Of a stretch of 64,000 nt of DNA, positions 57,491-64,000 are shown piece by piece. The notes below the pieces were generated by a model. That model was not told where the DNA came from. It saw nothing but the letters and a program-made list of their open reading frames with translations, and made no database searches. The stretch spans positions 25,763-89,762 of the forward strand of contig CAZGUM010000001.1 of the NCBI GenBank assembly GCA_964529085.1, in the 5' to 3' direction. Origin of the DNA: an uncultured Methylomonas sp. Its GTDB lineage: Bacteria > Pseudomonadota > Gammaproteobacteria > Methylococcales > Methylomonadaceae. Position numbers and translations under genes: made by a program. Within the stretch, counting starts at the first letter, position 1, and every line of letters starts with the position of its first letter.

Positions 57491-58444
57491 ATGAGCGCTG
57501 GATCTTCACTGCCATACCGGTTACGGCCCAACAAGGCCGTGGATCGAGAACTTTTTCTAGCGATGCTGATGCGACTGGCTCCCAATCTTGGGCTCGAAAA
57601 CTATCACTACGTAGGCCTCGGAGGCCCCTTCCTCGAAGACTTTCGGTTGATCCATGGTCGGCTCGGCATCGCAAAGATGACCTGTATTGAGACGGAAGAA
57701 GAGGTGCATAAGCGTCAAATTTTTAACCGCCCCGTTGCTTCGATCGAGTGCGTCCACAACAGTCTCGAAGACTATCTCGACGAAACCGACTTAGACTCAC
57801 CCGCCATAATCTGGTTTGACTACACTGAACCCAAGGGCATCACGACGCAGATTGAACGATTCGCGCGCACCATTGGAACCGTGCCGACCGGCAGTATTTT
57901 GCGCCTTACCCTGAACGCGAATCCAAGCTCACTCGGCAAGCCCGCCGGTAATCTTTCTGAGGCAGAACTTTGGGCGTGGCGACTTGAACGATTCAAAGAA
58001 CGCCTCGGCGCGCTATTTCCAAGTGGCCTGACCTCCGATGGCATGACATCCAAGACATATGGTGCGAGTCTACTCAGGGCGCTCAAGCTGGCAGTCGAAA
58101 AGGAGGCTCTCAGCTTCCGAGATCGCCAAATCGTCTGGACGCTTGCCACGCACTATGCCGATGGTCAAGCGATGGTTACTGCTGCCCTCGTCGTCTGTAA
58201 TAACAATGACAATACCATCGAAGAGTTGTTGAAAGGTTGGGAGTTCCATACGACGACCGACGCTCCACACCGACTCGACTTACCTGCACTGTCAACGCTG
58301 GAACGGCTAACGATGGAGTCGAATGAAGATGCGTCTAACAAGATGGGCTTCGAACTGCCAAAGTCGAATATGGGGGAGAACCCATTTGATGTTTTTAAGA
58401 AGTTCTATCGCATTTATCCGCATTTCTCGCGTGTTGAGCTGTAA
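57491..58444 (+). CDS. Putative SAM-dependent (O-)methyltransferase-fold protein
   Basis: LPYRLRPNKAVDR, YVGLGGPFLEDF, IIWFDY, YADGQAM. Confidence 0.65.
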   Translation: MSAGSSLPYRLRPNKAVDRELFLAMLMRLAPNLGLENYHYVGLGGPFLEDFRLIHGRLGIAKMTCIETEEEVHKRQIFNRPVASIECVHNSLEDYLDETDLDSPAIIWFDYTEPKGITTQIERFARTIGTVPTGSILRLTLNANPSSLGKPAGNLSEAELWAWRLERFKERLGALFPSGLTSDGMTSKTYGASLLRALKLAVEKEALSFRDRQIVWTLATHYADGQAMVTAALVVCNNNDNTIEELLKGWEFHTTTDAPHRLDLPALSTLERLTMESNEDASNKMGFELPKSNMGENPFDVFKKFYRIYPHFSRVEL

Positions 58445-58487
58445 TGTACGAGAGATTTAAACGGAAAATTCAGGATATAAGTAGCTT

Positions 58488-58833
58488 ATGAAAAAAACAT
58501 CCGCCATTCCATCTTTAGGTTCCCTGCTCAGCTCTGGCGAATGGAACGACGCCGAATTCAAGGAAGCACATAACGCTCTGCCGAAATCCGCCTTCGAAAC
58601 CGTCTCGGCGTTCGCCAACACCCATGGCGGCTGGCTCGTGTTGGGTATCAAGCAGGATGGCGAGCGTTTCCAGATTTGCGATGTCGACGACCCTACCCGA
58701 AGAACTCACCAGTCGAATGCAACGCTATCGACTTACGGAATTGGGGAAAGCCATACGCCAACGCTTGATGTCGGCCAGCAAGGATAACTATCCGAGCCCG
58801 ACTGATACCGACCTGAAAGGAAACAGCAAATGA
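58488..58833 (+). pseudogene. Internally deleted AlbA_2/Schlafen-type regulator remnant
   Basis: N-terminal EFKEA...ETVSAFANTHGGWLVLG joined out of frame to C-terminal TLPEELTSRMQRYRLTELGK. Confidence 0.65.
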
Positions 58834-61800
58834 CCGACATTAATGCTTGGATAGCGATGGATAAAGGCGTTTGTGCCGATCCCATTCTGAAACCTTTTGT
58901 ACTGATCCTGCAAAGTGAGCGCTCGCTGTATCGATCGATTCAGGAAGACGATTGGATCTTGGTCATAGACGATACGCATGCCATCACGAAGGTTGCCCGA
59001 ATCATGCGGATTCGCTCCGATCTGTCGACCACGACCTTGTATTTCGATCGGTCGTTGGCACTGGATCGAAAGATACCGTTAGACGATACGTCTTTTTCCT
59101 TGCCGGGTTCGGGCACGATAGGACGTTTGCAGTGGACCGATTTCATCGAAGGACTGACGAATGCTTTGAAAACCCGTCTGGAAGACATTCCGGTCATTGG
59201 CAACGGTGAAGGTGCTCGTGAACGCGCTTATATCCGGGAATTGCTGCAATTAGCAGTGATGGACGATCTTCTAGGCCCGGCTGATGGTCCGCATGAGCAA
59301 ATCATCGACATGAGCGTGCGGGACCGCTATCTGGTCGGCAAATTGGCGCCCAGACAAGCGCCGACGGACACTGAAAACTGGGAAGGATCACTCGTCGATG
59401 AAGACGAGGAAGAGTCGGTGGATACATCGTTACCTGGCCAACACGATCCCGGCGCCGAGTTTGCCGGTACGACGGGGCGTGTCGAACCCGAATCGGATTC
59501 CACTGATGAAATCGATGCCAGCAGCAATCAATCATTGATACCCTCCAGCATGGGTTTCACGTTTTGCGTCTCGGGCGATGCGTCGGCCATTGAGGTCGAT
59601 GTCAGTTTTGGACGTTACGAACGTTTGTCCGGCGAAGACGGTGGGCAAACAAAAATCATCAACCGCAAGGTGCGTGATACTGATGGCAACGTCGTGCGGG
59701 TGGAACAGGAAGAAGTCAGAGCCAGGGTCTGGCAGCGCATACCCTGTGGTGGCAAGTTGAAACTGCCACTGACCACGGGAATCATTCCCCATCAGGCACC
59801 CGATCCGGAGCAACCGGAGGTCAGGATTCAGGGCTCGATTCGCGCACCCAATGCCAATGGCGATCGCTTGGTGACACTGTTCCTGGTCAATGCTCAAGTG
59901 GAACCAGAAACCAATCGCGATTCGGCTTGGCTATTTCAGCCTGAGGTAACCGTCCGCGCCGCCCCCGAGTCTTCAAATGTGGCTATCTTTCGCCGCCGGC
60001 CCATGTTGGATGCCAACGGTATGGATCCCGAGCGCGAAGCATTGGAAATGATCTACCGGAATCGGGTCGAATTCGGCGTAGGCCATGGCGTAGCTGTCCA
60101 TGCCGAGCTGAGTGATGATGTGACGTTGGCCACCGAGATTCGCACCGTGATCATGCCCCAATACGAGGTAGCGGTAACGGAAACGCCGGGCGAAGATCCC
60201 GCCGATCGTCCAGCAATGCGAAAGATGCTGGAGCACGGTTGGCTGGACATGCACACTTTGGCCACACTCGAAAAATCGGAATTGTCTATCGCTTTGTGTA
60301 TGTTGACCGACGACTATGCTGAATGGATTCACGAACAACGTGTCCGTATCGGTCAGGATGTGACCGGGCATGACCATCAGGCTCAGTTGGCATTGGATCG
60401 GTGCCATGAGGTGTTGGTTCGCCTTAGACAGGGTATCGACACATTGGAAACCAATGACAAGGCATTGGCGGCGTTTCGGTTTGCCAATCAGGCGATGGCG
60501 ACTCAGCGGGTACGAAGTATTTACTCTCTGGCCATGCGACGAAAGGAAGACAAATCGCTGAACTCCATCAATATACCCAAGAATCGAAGTTGGCGACCTT
60601 TTCAGCTCGCCTTCTTGTTGTTGTCAATACCGTCACTGACCGATCCCAAACATCCGGATCGAACCCGTCCCGTCGAAGCCTATGCCGACTTGCTGTGGTT
60701 TCCGACCGGTGGCGGTAAGACCGAGGCCTATCTAGGGGTGGCCGCTTTCACCATGGCCATACGCCGTATGCAACCCGATTTGGGTGGCTATGATGGTACG
60801 CGTGGTTTGGCGGTGATCATGCGTTATACCCTGCGTTTGTTGACCTTGCAGCAATTCCAACGCGCCACGACGCTGATTTGCGCAATGGACGTCTTACGGC
60901 GTGAAGCGCTTGACGAGGGTGACGAATCGCTGGGCAAGGAACCCTTTACCATCGGTCTGTGGGTCGGCAACAAGGTTACGCCAGGCACCACCGAAGACAG
61001 TCATCGTGCCATCGAGGCAAAGCGCACCCCCGGTCAAAATACGGCTGGCTTGGCGTCCCCGGCGCAGTTGACCAGTTGCCCCTGGTGCGGATCGGAAATC
61101 GCACCGGGCCGTGACATCGAAGTGGATCGGGATATCTTGCGGACCGTCATCTACTGCGGCGATAAAAAGGGCCAATGCGAATTCTCCAAAGGGAAATCCA
61201 GTAAACGAGCCCATCCGGGGATTCCGGTATTAGTCGTCGACGAAGAAATCTATCATCGCCCACCGACGATGATGATCAGTACAGTCGACAAATTCGCAAT
61301 GATGGCTTGGCGTGGCGAAGTTCGGACACTTTTCGGTCGTGCCGATCAAGAATGTCCGAGACATGGCCTGGTGTTACCCGATGCGGAATGTCATGGCTCT
61401 CACCAGGCCAAAAAAAGCCTGCCTGCAGTGAAAGTCAAAACGATTTCACCCATACGGCCACCGGATCTGATTATTCAGGACGAGTTTCATTTGATTAGCG
61501 GCCCATTAGGTACCATGGTCGGCCTATACGAGACGGCAGTCGACGAATTGAGCGCCTGGCGATTGGATGGATTGGCCGTTCGACCCAAGATCATCGCTTC
61601 GACGGCAACCGTGCGCAAAGCACGGGAACAAGTCAACAACGTGTTCATGCGTCAGGTTGCTGTGTTTCCTCCCCATGGATTGGATGTGGAGGACAATTTT
61701 TTCTCGATACAACGTCCAATCCACGACCGTCCGGGACGCCGTTATCTAGGCGTTTGCTCGCCGGGCAGTTCGCGACCGGCCATGTTGATTCGTGTCTATA

Positions 61801-62870
61801 CGGCTTTTTTAACGGCAGCACAAACGCTGTTCGAGCGATTTGGATCGGCTGCCGATCCTTACATGACCATGGTGGGTTATTTCAATTCGTTACGTGAGCT
61901 AGGCGGTATGAAACGTTTAGCCGAGGACGACGTGCAGACGCGTTCCTATCGTGTGCAGATGAGTCTGGTAAAACGGCCAGGACTGGGACAACGTGGCGTC
62001 AATAACATCAGTGAATTGACCTCGCGTGTTTCCAGCCAGGACATCCCCAAGTATCTCGATCAGCTAGAGGTCAAGTTCAACGCCGAATACGATCCAGACA
62101 AAGGTAAGTACGTCTGTCGTTGGCAAGACGGTGACGTCAGAGCCATCGACGTGGTCTTGGCCACCAATATGCTGTCAGTCGGAGTAGACGTCAATCGGTT
62201 GGGGTTGATGGCCGTCAATGGTCAGCCCAAAGGCACGGCGGAATACATTCAGGCTACCAGCCGCGTTGGACGGGCATCACCGGGTCTGGTCTGTACGGTT
62301 TTGACGTGGGCTCGACCTAGAGACTTGTCACACTACGAAACCTTCGAGCACTATCATGCGACCTTTTACAAACACGTCGAAGCGCAGTCTGTCACGCCAT
62401 TTTCGCCACGAGCCATGGATCGTGGACTGACCGGGGCAATGCTCAGCGTCATGCGTTTGAGTCATGAAGCCTTCAGTCCCAATGTCGGGGCTGGCCAATT
62501 GGAGCAGGCCAATCAGCCTGAGATCGCCAAGGTCATCGAAGTCATGGCCGCTCGCGCTGGAAACGTCGAGGACAATACCAAGAAACAGCTTGCGATCGAT
62601 GGTTTGAAAGCGAGAGCCGACGACTGGGCCAAGGAAGCCAACTTGGGTGGTCGAACCCTCGCCTATGAGAAACGTGGGCAACAAAAAGATACGACGGTGG
62701 CCTTGATCAAATCACCGGGAGTTCGCGCTTGGGACAATTGGACGGTACCCATGTCGATGCGGGAAGTCGAACCAGGCGTGCGGCTGATCATGAATACCTC
62801 TCGCTTGGAAGATGAGTACGAGTGGAAACCACGTCCGACGGTGACGGAACAAGAAGAGGATAATGGATGA
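58830..62870 (+). CDS. drmA: DISARM helicase DrmA
   Basis: DLLGPADG, WRPFQLAF, WFPTGGGKTEAY, QDEFHL, ATNMLSVGVDV, YIQATSRVGR, SMREVE. Confidence 0.92.
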   Translation: MTDINAWIAMDKGVCADPILKPFVLILQSERSLYRSIQEDDWILVIDDTHAITKVARIMRIRSDLSTTTLYFDRSLALDRKIPLDDTSFSLPGSGTIGRLQWTDFIEGLTNALKTRLEDIPVIGNGEGARERAYIRELLQLAVMDDLLGPADGPHEQIIDMSVRDRYLVGKLAPRQAPTDTENWEGSLVDEDEEESVDTSLPGQHDPGAEFAGTTGRVEPESDSTDEIDASSNQSLIPSSMGFTFCVSGDASAIEVDVSFGRYERLSGEDGGQTKIINRKVRDTDGNVVRVEQEEVRARVWQRIPCGGKLKLPLTTGIIPHQAPDPEQPEVRIQGSIRAPNANGDRLVTLFLVNAQVEPETNRDSAWLFQPEVTVRAAPESSNVAIFRRRPMLDANGMDPEREALEMIYRNRVEFGVGHGVAVHAELSDDVTLATEIRTVIMPQYEVAVTETPGEDPADRPAMRKMLEHGWLDMHTLATLEKSELSIALCMLTDDYAEWIHEQRVRIGQDVTGHDHQAQLALDRCHEVLVRLRQGIDTLETNDKALAAFRFANQAMATQRVRSIYSLAMRRKEDKSLNSINIPKNRSWRPFQLAFLLLSIPSLTDPKHPDRTRPVEAYADLLWFPTGGGKTEAYLGVAAFTMAIRRMQPDLGGYDGTRGLAVIMRYTLRLLTLQQFQRATTLICAMDVLRREALDEGDESLGKEPFTIGLWVGNKVTPGTTEDSHRAIEAKRTPGQNTAGLASPAQLTSCPWCGSEIAPGRDIEVDRDILRTVIYCGDKKGQCEFSKGKSSKRAHPGIPVLVVDEEIYHRPPTMMISTVDKFAMMAWRGEVRTLFGRADQECPRHGLVLPDAECHGSHQAKKSLPAVKVKTISPIRPPDLIIQDEFHLISGPLGTMVGLYETAVDELSAWRLDGLAVRPKIIASTATVRKAREQVNNVFMRQVAVFPPHGLDVEDNFFSIQRPIHDRPGRRYLGVCSPGSSRPAMLIRVYTAFLTAAQTLFERFGSAADPYMTMVGYFNSLRELGGMKRLAEDDVQTRSYRVQMSLVKRPGLGQRGVNNISELTSRVSSQDIPKYLDQLEVKFNAEYDPDKGKYVCRWQDGDVRAIDVVLATNMLSVGVDVNRLGLMAVNGQPKGTAEYIQATSRVGRASPGLVCTVLTWARPRDLSHYETFEHYHATFYKHVEAQSVTPFSPRAMDRGLTGAMLSVMRLSHEAFSPNVGAGQLEQANQPEIAKVIEVMAARAGNVEDNTKKQLAIDGLKARADDWAKEANLGGRTLAYEKRGQQKDTTVALIKSPGVRAWDNWTVPMSMREVEPGVRLIMNTSRLEDEYEWKPRPTVTEQEEDNG

Positions 62871-64000
62871 GCGAAAAAACGCCCGTTGGCGAGGTGCGTC
62901 CAAGCCAATTGCTGTGGACTTATGGTTCCGGTGCCCTGATCGATTTGCCGAATTTATCGGTAGTGACATCGGGTATCGATCGTTGGGAGCGTGACAGATG
63001 TCAACCGATCCATGAAGCTCGCTTATTGAATGCCGTGCGGCAGGTGTTGGGCGGTCAGGTCGAGAGCCTGCGCATGCCACCCTTCTCGAAAAGTGAGCAC
63101 GCCGACATGTGGTCAGCGGAGGCCAATATCGGTGTTCCAGTGCGTCCTTTTCCACGATGGTTGCGTTGTGTGAAGTGCGGATTGCTCTCACCATACGATC
63201 TAGGGCTGTTCGGCCTGAAGGAAAACCGTTATCGACCGGAGTTGACGAAATTCATACACAAGGGTTGCACTGGATCGAAAGGCAGTGACAAGGCCAAAGA
63301 TGCCGATGCTGTACCTGCGCGTTTTCTGTTGGCTTGTCGCGGCGGACACTTAGACGACTTCCCCTGGCATTACTTCGTGCATGGTGGTACCAGCGAATGC
63401 AAAGGTACTCTACGATTTTTCGAAAGCGGTGCATCGCTGCAAACCGAAAATCTGTGGGTCAAATGCGATGCATGTTCAGCATCTCGCAGCATGGCTCATG
63501 CCTTTGGACAAGCCGGCAAAGACAATCTGCCGGGTTGCCGTGGACGACATCCGCACCTGGATTGGTTCGATCATGACTGCAAGGAGGCACCAAGGGCTGT
63601 CTTGTTGGGTGCCACCAACAGCTGGTTCCCTATGGCCTTGTCGGCATTGGCGATTCCTCAGCAGAATGGCTCACCTTTGCAGCAAATCATCGTCGATCAT
63701 TGGGAAGACTTTGCCGATACTGAAGACTTGTCGGAGTTGAAAGGTACGATCAAGGCTTTGAAGAAACGTGGAGAAGCACAGGGTATCGAGAAATATGAGG
63801 TCGAATCGGTTTGGCTGGCCATTCGACAATATCGGGATGGTAGTGATCATGTCATCGAACAAGCCGACATCAAAGGTCCAGAATGGGACGTTTTGTCGTC
63901 AGCCAATCCACCTACCGATTACCCGCATTTCATGAGTACGCCAACTGCCGTGCCGAATGGATTCACGGAGAGAATCAGTCGAGTATTACTCTTGGAACGC
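62867..64000 (+). CDS. drmB: DISARM DrmB (DUF1998) - partial, runs off window end
   Basis: ATGA overlap; MSEKTPVGEVRPSQLLWTYGSGALIDLP; FPRWLRC; ARFLLACRGGHLDDFPW. Confidence 0.88.
   Translation, partial: MSEKTPVGEVRPSQLLWTYGSGALIDLPNLSVVTSGIDRWERDRCQPIHEARLLNAVRQVLGGQVESLRMPPFSKSEHADMWSAEANIGVPVRPFPRWLRCVKCGLLSPYDLGLFGLKENRYRPELTKFIHKGCTGSKGSDKAKDADAVPARFLLACRGGHLDDFPWHYFVHGGTSECKGTLRFFESGASLQTENLWVKCDACSASRSMAHAFGQAGKDNLPGCRGRHPHLDWFDHDCKEAPRAVLLGATNSWFPMALSALAIPQQNGSPLQQIIVDHWEDFADTEDLSELKGTIKALKKRGEAQGIEKYEVESVWLAIRQYRDGSDHVIEQADIKGPEWDVLSSANPPTDYPHFMSTPTAVPNGFTERISRVLLLER

Larger units (their letters stand above)
10724..64000. mobile_element. tRNA-Lys-integrated genomic (defence) island, right end beyond window
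   Basis: Integrase immediately 3' of the tRNA; visible drop in GC content; island backbone genes and several defence systems; attR not found in the window. Confidence 0.8.

Noticed and set aside
1-64000. CRISPR array, rRNA, prophage structural genes, integron integrase
   Set aside because: No regularly spaced repeats, rRNA-like sequence, capsid/tail genes or IntI-type gene observed

Overview
Gammaproteobacterial chromosome segment; a Methylococcales/Methylomonas-like host is inferred from the VPLPA-type sorting signals and gene style, not proven. Positions 1-10.7 kb are host genes: a DUF3570/DUF4266/TlpA outer-membrane thiol-redox cluster, three paralogous PEP-CTERM (VPLPA-CTERM) surface proteins with sigma54 promoters and a c-di-GMP-I riboswitch, a RegB/RegA two-component pair, and tRNA-Lys(TTT). 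From the tRNA 3' end to the window end lies a large integrated defence island whose right end is not visible. Its backbone holds a tyrosine integrase, DUF6387, an excisionase-like gene, DUF3987, ParB, a Gp2-like HUH protein, umuDC-SRAP and a DUF4942/YqaJ/DUF932 module. Its cargo is a Lamassu (ABC-3C) system, a ~12 kb TIR-MoxR-vWA conflict cassette with three FGE/C-type-lectin (CLec) proteins, and a class I DISARM system preceded by dcm-vsr and interrupted by a MORC-like ATPase plus methyltransferase pair. The strongest signal is that two convergent CLec genes end in colinear 120-nt variable-region-like segments followed by an identical 63-nt element with a GC hairpin. These look like remote diversity-generating-retroelement (DGR) targets, with no reverse transcriptase in the window. 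The whole cassette is also bracketed by a 54-nt hairpin-containing direct repeat. All family assignments come from motif recognition by eye; no searches were run.
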